Positions 37,725-49,800 are shown, counted from the first letter of the stretch. The stretch is DNA of 51,436 nt from Octopus bimaculoides (GCF_001194135.2 NC_068989.1:49675420-49726855), one strand, 5' to 3'. Numbers and translations are program-made. The notes: generated by a model from the letters alone, not told the origin.

Positions 37725-37996
37725 ATTCTGTTGTGTCTGGGGAGAGTAATTTTCTTATTGTGCCTTAAAATTTAACACACTCACAGGTAAAATTTCCATT
37801 TATTTCTTATTTTCATTTTCCTAAAATTTTCGTTGCGTCTTGTAACCTTTTCAATAGCCTTGACTCTTGAAAAGGTTGCAAGACACAACGAAAATTTTAG
37901 GAAAATAGAAATAAGAAATAACTGGAAATTTTACCGGTGAGTGTGTTAAATTTTAAGGCACAATAAGAAAATAACTCTCCCCAGACACAACAGAAT
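37725..37996. repeat. long palindrome: 130-bp arms, 12-nt loop
   Basis: Arms 37725-37854 and 37867-37996 differ at about 7 positions. Confidence 0.95.
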
Positions 37997-38684
37997 ATGC
38001 TTCAACACACGAAATCACATAAAAAATCTTGCAAACCAAATCCAAAAACGAAATAAAACAAAAAAGATATGGAAGAAGAAAAGTGAAACCACTGAAAGTG
38101 ACTAAAAAGAGTAAGGTGATCCCCTTGTGGGGTTAAAAGTTATGTAGTTGACAGTAATGTTGGAAGGATATATTGATGTAAGTTGCATTTTTGTTTCAGT
38201 GAATGTTCTCTCAAGACAACTTTGTAAAAGAGAATGAATATAAACGCATTGATAATAGACTATAGATAAAGAGACCACTAACTTGTTATTACTACCTGAA
38301 AGATGCATAACTCATGCATGTGGGAATTTCCACATGTGCCAACTCAAAAGAGATTAATGAGTACATTTGGATGGTGCATTAGAACATTGATAGAAGCATG
38401 TTATATAATCTGACTTAAGTTAGGCAAACTAAAAATAAAAAATGAAATTATGTTTTGTTTTAACGATTTTATGTTTATGTGTAATCTTTAATTTCTATTT
38501 CCATGAAATTGTTCTATATTTCTAATGCGATTTAATATTTTCCTGCTTATATATTATATAATATCTTTGCTCCGCATCATCTATTTTTAATATAATTTAC
38601 TTGTTTGTGCCATGTCTTTTAGTAAACCTCATGTATACAATGATGTAGGTGCCTTTGTAGCAAATAAATGAAAGAATCACCACC

Positions 38685-40080
38685 ACTACCGGTCTGGTTA
38701 AATTGCTTGGAGTTTGGTTTGGTCCAGACTTCTAGGTGGAGAAAAACTGGGATGAGGTGACAAGCAGGGTAGCCAATCTCATCCAGAAATTGGCTGAGAG
38801 GAAGCTGTCCCTGAAAGGTCGACTGGAGGTGGTGAATACATACATCACATCTGTCATCTATTACCTCTTGACCGTCATCCCTTGCCCCATTTGCTGCTTT
38901 CTGTGGAAGGAGCATGTTCCACTGGTCAGGCACCCCCTTCTGCTATCAACAGACACTGAATGGAGGGCTGGGCATGTTGTGGTTGCTGATGCACAGATAT
39001 GCACTCAGGCTATGGCATCTCTAGCATTTCCTTGACATTAAGCAGGTGTGATCACCGTTTGTCTTACATTTCCACATCTCGTCTCTTTGACTGAGTTGCA
39101 AACCTGAATTAGGTGTAGACCGAGGAGGGGCACTTGGCACCTTGAGTGCCACTAAGCACTCACAGCCCTTCACCAGGCAGGCAATACGGTCAGTGGTAGT
39201 TCCACTCTAGCGTTCTATAGAGAAAGTACAATGATGTTCTCAGAGAAACTCTGGGCATCGATGAGGATCAACTAACCAGTCTGTTTCAGAGAATTTTCAG
39301 GCTTCGGTCTATGGATAATTTCCAGAGATCCCTTGCCTGGCAGTGCTACCGAGGGGTGCTGCCTGTTCAAGATAAACTTTACAGGCACAGAAGTGCTGTC
39401 AGCTGGGCCTGCCTGAGGTGCACCCAGAACAATGAAACCATTCTTCATGCCCTCGTCCAGTGCTCGAGTATTGCTGACTTGTGGGTTTATGTTGAACACC
39501 TGCTGTCACATGTGAGATGGATCTGGCGATCAGCTGAATTCATAGCGAAGATTGCCCCACTGCCCTCCTCTGGCCAGAGGGACAGGCAGTTTTTATTCGT
39601 ATGTTGGCTGTAGCGAAAGAGGTAGTATGGTGGACTCATCTGAAAGGGCTAAAGTCAGACACTTACCTTTTTAGCCAAGCTCTCATTAACTTTTTCAAGT
39701 TTCACTTGAAAAGGAAGTTGAGGGTGGTAAGGGAAGTGTTGCCTTGTAGCAAGTTTGTTGAAAAGTTGGGTGAATGTTGGAAGAATGGCCAGTGTGAAAG
39801 GACCAATTCTGAGCATACACTTACGAAAAAGGGAATTAAAGAAAGGCTCTTGCCCTGTTGATCAGGCACCTGTAGCTTTTGTGGGTTTTTCCACGTGGAC
39901 CTTAAAGTGCTTCCCCTATTGGGAGTTTGTAATTTGTTTAATTTTTATTGTTTTCAAATGTTCACACGCTGTAAAACCCATTGTATTGTTCCGTCTTTGT
40001 CTTTTATGTTGTATGTCCTTTAATGTTATTTTATGTCAGCCCTTGTGGTTAATAAAAGAATTGATTATTATTATTATTAT
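38685..40080 (+). mobile_element. 5'-truncated Tx1/L1-clade LINE with 3' UTR, AATAAA and (ATT)n tail
   Basis: KLLGVWFG, RKLSLKGRLEVVNTYI, YRGVLPVQDKL..CLRC..ETILHALVQC (zf-RVT-type motif); AATAAA at 40051-40056. Confidence 0.88.
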
Positions 40081-40084
40081 GATA

Positions 40085-40230
40085 GAGGTGATGAGCTGGC
40101 AGAATTGTTAGCACACCAGACAAAATGCTTAATGACGTTTTGCCCATTTTTATGTTCTGAGTTCAAATTCCTCTGAGGTCGACTTTGCCTTGTATCCTTT
40201 TGAGGTCAGTGAAATAAGTATCAGTTGAGC
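40085..40230 (+). mobile_element. SINE-A2
   Basis: gagctggcagaattgttagc..gagttcaaattcctctgaggtcgactttgcc. Confidence 0.8.
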
Positions 40231-40349
40231 ACAGATTAACGGAAGTGTAGAAAGAGCTAGTTTTCTTAGCAACAAATCAAAATACAGTGTAGCTATCTGT
40301 CAAAAGCCTTCTTTAGGTCATCAAATGCTCAGTATAGCTACTTACATTT

Positions 40350-41225
40350 AGCTAAGAATTTCTATTGCAGTTGTCTTACCAAGAACAAATATCTGAGGTA
40401 GACCACCCTGGTACAAGTTTGAACTGAATCTCATTCAACCAAATTCTCTTCCTAGTCATTTGTGCTGTTACTCTTTCTGTCACACTCAGAACCTCGTCTG
40501 TCAATTTGATGCCCCAATACTTGTTTCTTTTTGGAGTTTCACCTTTGCTTTTGTAGCCATTGACAATGATACTACTGCAGCAGTCATTGTGTATGATAAT
40601 GCTCTGTACTACCTGATTGTCTATGTCAGTGACTAGCACCAAATAATTTCAACATATCACTGACAATACATCATATTCCAATTGCTTTCCCTATCTTCAT
40701 ATCCTTTAATTATACTTTCACCATATAACTGTCAGCTTTAATAACTGATCTTTCTGTTGAGTCTACTTGAAATAATTACTCTTTCTCTTGTGCGTTCTCC
40801 TTATTCAACAACATCTCATAGTAGCACTTGCAAGCCTCTTTCTTCTTGGCATTAGTGAAGCTAAGTACACTACCATAGATCTGTATGTATTTTTTTCCCA
40901 TCTATTCACTCTGACACTCTACCTTGCAATCTGAGGCATCTCAAACCTTTGGTCTTCTCACTGCAAAACACGGGCTCTTTTTTATGTTCAGCCTCTCTTC
41001 AAATTATGTATATATGGTGTATAGCAGTCTACCTGATATTGTTCTCTGCTCATCCTTTTCTTTCAACATTTCCAACCCTGTCTCTTAACTTTTTTTCACT
41101 CTGTCTACAGTACCATTTCACCACTGTATCACATTCAGTCTTGTTGGAACCTTGCTCTGGCCATAGATCTGGTCTATGAATCACAGGAGGTTGGCTCATA
41201 GAAACTCCTCTCTAGTAGGTCTCTA
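40350..41225 (-). mobile_element. decayed RTE-like LINE (inter-domain region and RT N-terminus)
   Basis: KDMKIGKA..SDMLK, NDCCSSIIVNGYKSKG..NKYWGIKL..VTERV..EIQFKLVPGWST, matching RTE RT subdomains 0-2. Confidence 0.8.
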
Positions 41226-41259
41226 TTTCTTACTCACTCTCTTCGTATGTGTTACCTTA

Positions 41260-42240
41260 TATTGAGGTGAGTCAAAAGTTTTGCAATATTTGCGTGTGTG
41301 AAGGTAGCAATATGCAGAATAGTTAGCACACCTGACAAAATAAGTACTAGTTGAATACTGACATTGATTCCTGGCCTTGCACCAAAATTTGAAACCAATA
41401 TTTGTACATGTGCTAGTCTGTGACCTGTATATCATGTGACCAAAGCAGTTCAAGCCATGGATGGTGCCCGTTGAGGTTGGTAGCATTGTGGCAGTTGATA
41501 CTCTGAGAAGTGCATTGCTTCAGTTGTATGTTGTTTGAAAGCCACACAGAGGAACATGAAACGTAGTCTAATTTGAGAACTTATGCTTTATGAGTTGGAA
41601 CTGGGCCGTAATGATGTGGAAACAACCAAAAATATTTGCTGTGTGAAAGGTGAATGTGCAGGTGATCATGATGTAGTAACCAGATGGTTCAAGAAATTTT
41701 GTTTGGGTTGCAAGACTCTTGATAATCAGGCAAGGTCTGGTAGGTGTAAAACTATGGATTCCAAGGCTGTATTTCTTGCCATAAAGGCAAACCCATTAAT
41801 TAGCACCAGAGGAGTATCAGGCAAGTTCAGCATCTCATAGATGTATGCCTTTGTGCAGCAGAACTATCCAACTTTGGTTAGCAGAAAGCAAGCTCTTTTA
41901 CAGTAAGATATGCAAGACCTCAGACCACTTGAACGATCTGAAATAAACTCCAGGAACTTGATGAAATTGAACTGATGTCACACCCAGCATATAATCCAAT
42001 ATGCTGTCACACCCAGCATATAATCCAATATCCTGGCTCTCTCAAATTATCACTTATTCTAGTCTATGGTTCACTTCTTGCACTCATGATGCTTCATCAA
42101 CCAAGAGGAGGTGGAAGCTTCAGTGAAAGAGTTCTTTGCCTGGGAGGACAAGAACTGTTTTCAGCACAGAATCAAAGAACTGGCAGAAAGATAGTTTCAG
42201 ATGCTGCAACACAGTGGCCTCTACTTTGAATGTGAGGCTG
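41260..42240 (+). mobile_element. mariner remnant(s) with internal deletion and a 29-bp tandem duplication
   Basis: MLYELELG..TRWFKKF..DNQARSGR (HTH); SHPAYNP..NYHLF..KEFFA..GLYFE (C-terminus); duplication at 41976/42005; partial SINE-A nested at about 41310-41400. Confidence 0.8.
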
Positions 42241-42261
42241 CTTTATTTACATTATTTACTT

Positions 42262-42350
42262 TATTTACATTCGACAGATATTTGTCCTCATCTTGTTTGT
42301 TGTTAACACACTGCTTTGGCTGATACACCCTCCAGCCTTCATCAGGTGTC
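42262..42350 (-). mobile_element. Penelope-type terminal-repeat fragment with core-mutated hammerhead relic (42305-42350)
   Basis: GACAC-CTGATGA-A-GGCTG(10 nt)CAGCC-AAAGCAGT-GTGTT: stems I and II intact, GAAAC-GUH region mutated. Confidence 0.6.
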
Positions 42351-42945
42351 ACATAATAATCAAAGAGGTTGCAGTCTGAGGAGTTAGGTGACCAGGTGTT
42401 AGGGGTGATGTGGTTGCAGAAATTGTCTGACAGCCATGATTGGGTTCTCCTGCTTGTGTGGCACGGTGCAGAGTCCTATTGCCAGACATAGTGTCTTCCA
42501 GCAACCACCCTCTTGACCCAGGGCAGCACTAACTCCTCCAGGCACTTGATGTAGGCCTCCGTGTTGAGTCTGAGGCTGTGTGGGAAGATGAATGGAAGCA
42601 TAATGTTGCCATTACTAGTGATCACGTCAAACACAATGATGTTGACTGGATGTTTGAATTTCATCACTTTCAGTACATGTCCTCAGATTGCACTGTCCTC
42701 AGAAAGACACCCAAACACTCTGAAATGTTCATATTGGAGCTTCTGGTGTGAATGCCAAGCAGTAAAGTATATCATTTTCAAATTTCTGGCAAAGTGAATT
42801 GTGTCATGGTGCTGTTTTGCTCTTGGACAGTGCCCAACTGACCCTACTATTATACTGTGTAGTTGACAAAATTAAAGACAAACAATGCACATGCGTGAAA
42901 TTAAAAATACGAAATGGCAACAATTTACCAATCAGACCTTATAGA
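42351..42945 (-). mobile_element. second DD37D Tc1/mariner family, internal-deletion remnant
   Basis: W(Q*)DSAPCHTSRRTQSWLSDNFCNHITPNTWSPNSSDCNLFD: 37 residues between the two Asp. Confidence 0.8.
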
Positions 42946-43035
42946 TATGTATGTATGTATGTGTATGTATATATATATATAAATAATAACGGTAGCTTAC
43001 TCAAAATTTACAGCTGAAAGGCATGTATATATATA

Positions 43036-43075
<40 letters not shown>

Positions 43076-43087
43076 CATCCATCTATC

Positions 43088-43164
<77 letters not shown>

Positions 43165-43165
43165 C

Positions 43166-43625
43166 ATGACTGGCATCTGTGCTAGTGGAGTGCTAAGAGC
43201 ACCATCCAAGCGTGATCGTTGCCAGGGCCGTTGACTGGCCCCTGTGCCGGTGACATGTAGAAAGCATCATTCGAGCTTACCAGCATCACCTTACTGGCAC
43301 TTGTGCCAATGGTACTTGAAAAACAACATTCGAGCAAGGGTGTTGCCAGTACTGCTGGACTGGCTCCTGTGCAGGTGACATGTAAAAACACCATTTGAGT
43401 GTGGCCGTTGCCAGTACCGCCTTACTGGCCCTCATGCCGGTGGCATGGAAAAGCACCCATTACACTCTTGGAGTGGTTGGCGTTAGAAAGGGCATCCAGC
43501 TGTAGAAACTCCGCCAGATCAGATTGGAGCCTGGTGTAGCCATCTGGCTCACCAGTCCCCAGTCAAACCGTCCAACCCATGCTAGTATGGAATGCGGATG
43601 TTAAACGATGATGATGCTGATGCTG
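43166..43625 (+). mobile_element. LINE-type 3' region with five 60-65-bp degenerate tandem units and (GAT)n tail
   Basis: Units start (g)actggc..tgtgc..; terminus catgctagtatggaatgcggatgttaaacgatgatg. Confidence 0.8.
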
Positions 43626-44330
43626 ATATGTACATATATAAGTATTAACAATGTATATGAAACAAGAGAGAGAAATAAAGAAAGCCTATATGATTTGAGT
43701 GCATATGTAAAATTCTGGCAGTTATTGATACTCTAAATAACAATAAACTAGCAGAATTAATAATTACTGATTAGCTTAAACTTAGCACCCTTAGCTGATG
43801 TGGCTTCAGTGAGAAATGGGAAATAATTTGCCAAGTTCAATGAATTGCCATGTTGAACACGGTTGCTACTTCCCTAAATGAATCTTCACAGATGAAACCA
43901 TTAGGAAAGGGAGATAGAGGGAGAGTGGGAGACAGAGGAGAAGGGAGAGAGGAAGAAACAAGAGGATAAAGGGATATTATATAGTTTGTAGTAGTTAAGG
44001 ATGTCCTTAATAAATAACAAAATCAGCACAAGTAATAATTATTTGATTAGCTTAAACTTAGCCCTCTTGGTCAGTGACATTTCCTTGAGTAGTGCAGAAT
44101 AAAACTTCACGTTCAATGAGCCTTTGTGTTGTACAAGGTGATTATCATCTATGAATCTTCACTGCATCAATTATTATTCAAGGTTGCTGCCCTCATATTT
44201 TATATGGAATAGAATAGGCATGATGCTGGTGAAGTGATACTGCTTGCCAGAATGGTTGTCTCTAAATGTGGGTAAAAGTTACAAGTGGGGTGTAATTATC
44301 CTGTTTGTAGGAAGTGTAGCTGTCCCTCTA

Positions 44331-45018
44331 TGTGGCATGAAAAAGTTCCTGGACTAGTTCTGTAGTGCACCAACAGATGGCAGCATATGGTTGTGTGTGT
44401 AGTGAGAGCTAGCTTTTTGTTGGCACTCCATTGCTAATGACATCAAGGGTTCCAGTTGATCCAATCAATGGAACAGCCTGCTCATGAAATTAACGTGCAA
44501 TTGGCTGAGCACTCCACAGACATGTGTCCCCTTAACGTAGTTCTTGGGGATATTCAGCGTAACACAGAGTGTGACAAGGCTGGCCCTTTGAATTACAGGT
44601 ACAACAGAAACAGGAAGTAAGAGTGAGAGAAAGTTGTGGTGAAAGAGTACAGCAGGGTTCACCACCATCCCCTGCCGGAGCCTCGTGGAGCTTTAGGTGT
44701 TTTCACTCAATAAACACTCACAACGCCCGGTCTGGGAATCGAAACCGCGATCCTATGACCGCGAGTCCGCTGCCCTAACCACTGGGCCATTGCGCCTCCA
44801 CTAGTAAGAGCTAGCAGTGAGCGTCATAAAGCAGTGTGCTGAGTGACGTTGCTGTGTTTACCTCACAAGTTGTGAGATTTGAGTTTTAGCGATCATGTAT
44901 ATGCTGTAGTCTGTGATATTTGTCACGAGCAGGAAGTTGGAACATAGAGCCAATGTGAAATTTTATGCTACACTTGAGAAGTCTGCTACAGAGATATTGA
45001 GCATGCTTTGGCAATCAA
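44331..45018 (+). mobile_element. 5' part of the mariner family seen at 22823-23678, interrupted by a SINE-C
   Basis: aaaaagttcc..caacagatggcagca..gcagtgtgctgagt..gaagtctgctacagagatattgagca aligns with the reverse complement of 23380-23680. Confidence 0.8.
44414..44801 (-). mobile_element. full-length SINE-C (tRNA-Arg-like head) with 14-bp target-site duplication
   Basis: Head ggcgcaatggcccagtggttagggcagcggactcgcggtcataggatcgcggtttcgattccc (A and B boxes); TSD tagtgagagctagc (44400-44413) / tagtaagagctagc (44802-44815). Confidence 0.9.
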
Positions 45019-45356
45019 GAAGATATGCGCATGTATACATACCCACACACATGTATATATACACACGCATGTGTGCACATGCACACACACACACACACAC
45101 ATGCATGCACACATATACACTTATGCTAGGTCACTGTTGTCTCCCTTGTCACCCGCACCTCCAGCCAACTTCCTCTTTCAGTCATTTCAGCATGCTTTGA
45201 CTGTTTGACTCAGACACGTTTTTTCTTTCTTTCTCTCCCCTCATCTATCCTTTCTGTAGCAGAGCGTGGGCTCAAAATATTATAGACTTCTAATTTATCG
45301 GAGTATTAGCTTAAAACACCTTGTTTGTTGTTCTTTTACCCTGTCTTTGTGCTTTT

Positions 45357-45458
45357 CTAGTTTCAGTCATTTGACTGTGGCCATGCTGGAGCACCACCTT
45401 TTAGTCGAGCAAATCGACCCCAGGACATATTCTTTGTAAGCCTAGTACTTATTCTATT
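45357..45458 (-). mobile_element. SINE-B tail
   Basis: tttcagtcatttgactgtggccatgctggagcaccacc.. Confidence 0.8.
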
Positions 45459-45837
45459 AGTCTGAAACAAGTAAACAGTAAAGGTATTTCAATTCAGGAT
45501 TTTAATTCAACTTCATATTTTTTACATGGATTTTATAGAAAGCTATTTATATTTTCTGAATTTCCTCTGAATTTTTTCTTCATTGAAACTGGTTATTTCA
45601 AACTGTCTTCCAAGGTTTATGAAAATATTGAAGTTTTGAGTAAAAATACAATTGGAAAGCAGAATGAAATAGTTTCTTTACATTTCAGTTTTTAAATATG
45701 CTGCTTTTAAATAAAGCATATTACTCTACCTCTGNNNNNNNNNNNNNNNNNNNNNNNNNNNNNNNNNNNNNNNNNNNNNNNNNNNNNNNNNNNNNNNNNN
45801 NNNNNNNNNNNNNNNNNNNNNNNNNNNNNNNNNNNNN

Positions 45838-45872
<35 letters not shown>

Positions 45873-46002
45873 GAATTTCCAGGACCTTTATAACTTTGTT
45901 GTCTCGTTTTATTTATCATATACATATGTATGTTTGTGTGAGTATATATACACACACACATATATATATGTATATATATATATGGATTTCTATTTATATA
46001 TA

Positions 46003-46150
46003 CAAGGGTTTCTGTTTATCAAATCCACTCACAAGGCTTTGGTCAGCCTGAGGCTATAGTAGAAGACATTTGCCCAAGGTGCTACACAGTAGGATTAAAT
46101 CAGAAAGCATGTGGTTGGGAAGCAAAAGTTTAGCACATAGTCATGCAGCA
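46003..46150 (-). mobile_element. SINE-B head
   Basis: aaatccactcacaaggctttggtcagcctgaggctatagtagaagac.. Confidence 0.8.
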
Positions 46151-46848
46151 CTTGTCCATCATTTTTTTATGGCAAGGATATACTCGTTTTAACGTAATCT
46201 TTCATTGGAAGTTTCATACACAAACAAACGTTAGTGTTGCATAATAGAAACACTGAATGCTGGATTTTCCCAAATTTTCCCGTTAAGGTTAAGAAATTTT
46301 GTAAAAACAAAAAAAAAAGAAAAGAAAAAACCCCAAATTCAAAGAATCCTGTGTTTATTGAGTTGTTTCTGGAATTGTAACTTTGCAACAAACATAAAAT
46401 AGCAATTGAAATTCTTCTGAGATCCATAGCAGCAAACACAAAAGCTATGGTTCTTCTTAATAGTTGGGACTGGCTAAAAGCTTTCAAGCCATTTTTCTTT
46501 TCTATAATAGAGTAAAACAAATTTATTACTTTTATGATGTGGAAATGTCTACCATTAACACCACAATCCAAATAATGGTAAGATCCATTTTCAAAATATT
46601 TTCTTCCTGCTTTTTTTTTGTTTTTTTTTTTAATCTTTTCTTGCAAACCAAAGTCCCCTGTATAAATTTGGATCCTAACACACATTCTTGTCCTTTACAT
46701 CATTACATCATTTATAACATTCCAACATTAGGAAAAAAAAGTTATGACACTTACATACATATTTACATTCAAACATATATATATATCATCATCATCATCA
46801 TCATCATCATATATACATATGTATATATATACATATATGTTTGTATAT

Positions 46849-46879
<31 letters not shown>

Positions 46880-47940
46880 TATGTATGTATACATATACAC
46901 ATACATTTATATGTATGTATATTTATAGATATATATACATNNNNNNNNNNNNNNNNNNNNNNNNNNNNNNNNNNNNNNNNNNNNNNNNNNNNNNNNNNNN
47001 NNNNNNNNNNNNNNNNNNNNNNNNNNNNNNNNNNNNNNNNNNNNNNNNNNNNNNNNNNNNNNNNNNNNNNNNNNNNNNNNNNNNNNNNNNNNNNNNNNNN
47101 NNNNNNNNNNNNNNNNNNNNNNNNNNNNNNNNNNNNNNNNNNNNNNNNNNNNNNNNNNNNNNNNNNNNNNNNNNNNNNNNNNNNNNNNNNNNNNNNNNNN
47201 NNNNNNNNNNNNNNNNNNNNNNNNNNNNNNNNNNNNNNNNNNNNNNNNNNNNNNNNNNNNNNNNNNNNNNNNNNNNNNNNNNNNNNNNNNNNNNNNNNNN
47301 NNNNNNNNNNNNNNNNNNNNNNNNNNNNNNNNNNNNNNNNNNNNNNNNNNNNNNNNNNNNNNNNNNNNNNNNNNNNNNNNNNNNNNNNNNNNNNNNNNNN
47401 NNNNNNNNNNNNNNNNNNNNNNNNNNNNNNNNNNNNNNNNNNNNNNNNNNNNNNNNNNNNNNNNNNNNNNNNNNNNNNNNNNNNNNNNNNNNNNNNNNNN
47501 NNNNNNNNNNNNNNNNNNNNNNNNNNNNNNNNNNNNNNNNNNNNNNNNNNNNNNNNNNNNNNNNNNNNNNNNNNNNNNNNNNNNNNNNNNNNNNNNNNNN
47601 NNNNNNNNNNNNNNNNNNNNNNNNNNNNNNNNNNNNNNNNNNNNNNNNNNNNNNNNNNNNNNNNNNNNNNNNNNNNNNNNNNNNNNNNNNNNNNNNNNNN
47701 NNNNNNNNNNNNNNNNNNNNNNNNNNNNNNNNNNNNNNNNNNNNNNNNNNNNNNNNNNNNNNNNNNNNNNNNNNNNNNNNNNNNNNNNNNNNNNNNNNNN
47801 NNNNNNNNNNNNNNNNNNNNNNNNNNNNNNNNNNNATATATACATATATATGTGTGTGTATATATATCTATATATATATATATACTTTTGTTATTTACAC
47901 CACCTGTCCTCGTCTGTTGTTATTTTTTGTATAATCTCCC

Positions 47941-47995
<55 letters not shown>

Positions 47996-48967
47996 AAAAG
48001 AGATACATATACATATATGTGTGTATCTTTATAGTGAATTTCTAGCAGTTTTGGAGCATTGGTTCTGACTTTAGCAAGTGGTATTAGATACACCACTGAA
48101 TATAAATATATATATATATATTTATTTATTTAAATACATTACTGCTCTATGTTTTAGAATGTGCTTCTTTTTCAGATATATGATCCAATGACAATATAAA
48201 TAAATTTATGTGTGTGTGCATGTACATATACACACATATATATACACATATATAGTCTATATATACACACACATATATAAACATATATATATATATATAT
48301 ATATATAAATACATACATGCACACATGCATATATATATATATATATATATATANNNNNNNNNNNNNNNNNNNNNNNNNNNNNNNNNNNNNNNNNNNNNNN
48401 NNNNNNNNNNNNNNNNNNNNNNNNNNNNNNNNNNNNNNNNNNNNNNNNNNNNNNNNNNNNNNNNNNNNNNNNNNNNNNNNNNNNNNNNNNNNNNNNNNNN
48501 NNNNNNNNNNNNNNNNNNNNNNNNNNNNNNNNNNNNNNNNNNNNNNNNNNNNNNNNNNNNNNNNNNNNNNNNNNNNNNNNNNNNNNNNNNNNNNNNNNNN
48601 NNNNNNNNNNNNNNNNNNNNNNNNNNNNNNNNNNNNNNNNNNNNNNNNNNNNNNNNNNNNNNNNNNNNNNNNNNNNNNNNNNNNNNNNNNNNNNNNNNNN
48701 NNNNNNNNNNNNNNNNNNNNNNNNNNNNNNNNNNNNNNNNNNNNNNNNNNNNNNNNNNNNNNNNNNNNNNNNNNNNNNNNNNNNNNNNNNNNNNNNNNNN
48801 NNNNNNNNNNNNNNNNNNNNNNNNNNNNNNNNNNNNNNNNNNNNNNNNNNNNNNNNNNNNNNNNNNNNNNNNNNNNNNNNNNNNNNNNNNNNNNNNNNNN
48901 NNNNNNNNNNNNNNNNNNNNNNNNNNNNNNNNNNNNNNNNAGCTGTAGAAACTTTGCGAGATCAGAT

Positions 48968-49475
48968 TGATGATTATGATGATGATGATGATGATGATCA
49001 TGATCATGATCATCATCATCATTGTTCAATGTCCACTTTCCATGCTGGCATGGGCTGGATGATTTGACTGAGGACTGGCAAGCCAGGAGGCTGCACGAGA
49101 CTCCAGTTTGATCTGGCAAGGTTTCTACAGCTGGATGCCCTTCCTAATGCCAACCACTCCAAGAGTGTAGTGGGTGCTTTTTACCTGCCACTGGCACAGT
49201 GGCCACTCAGGCAGCACTGGCCTTGACCATACTCGAATGGTCCTTTTTACGTGCCACCAGCATGGGTACCAGTCAGGCAGTACTGGTATTGGCCATGACA
49301 ATGATTTCACTTGACTCAAAAGCATATTGCCCAACGATTGAAGGGTGCTCTTAAATGAACTGGTTATACAGCACTGGCATAGGCCACAGTTACGGTCTCA
49401 CTTGGCTTGCCAGGTCTTCTCAAGCACAGCACATCTTCAAAGATCTCAGTCGCATGTCAGGTCTCAGTCACTGAT
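48968..49475 (-). mobile_element. LINE-type 3' region with tandem units and (GAT)n tail
   Basis: Reverse-complement homologue of 43166-43625. Confidence 0.8.
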
Positions 49476-49489
49476 GTTGATAGTGGGAA

Positions 49490-49800
49490 AATGATGACTA
49501 TGATGAGGACGATGATGACAACCATAAAGGTAGCGATGAGATTAACAGTGACGACGATGACTACAACGAGGACGACAATGATGATGATGATGATGACGAC
49601 GATGATGATGAAGTTGAGGACGATGTTGAGGATGATGATGTCAATGATGCTAATAATGATGATGATGATGATGGTGATTATGATGGTGAGATTGATGATG
49701 GTGACAATAATGATGATGGTGATATTGATGATAATAACGATGTTGATGATGACAAGTACACTGATGCTGATGATGACCATGATGATGACAACTACCATGG
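49490..49800. repeat. degenerate (GAT)n microsatellite
   Basis: Direct inspection; source of the Met/Ile-rich ORFs. Confidence 0.95.

Noticed and set aside
33570-38300. Isolated exon-like segments (about 33711-33834, 35983-36062, 36115-36158, 38102-38292)
   Set aside because: Splice-like signals occur on both strands, no consistent phase chain or recognisable protein; left uncalled.
43166-43460. Repeat array as possible CRISPR
   Set aside because: Degenerate tandem units without unique spacers, eukaryotic LINE context, no cas genes.
44720-44800. tRNA-like sequences (also SINE-A and SINE-B heads)
   Set aside because: They have A and B boxes but no complete acceptor stem, and run straight into SINE bodies; not tRNA genes.
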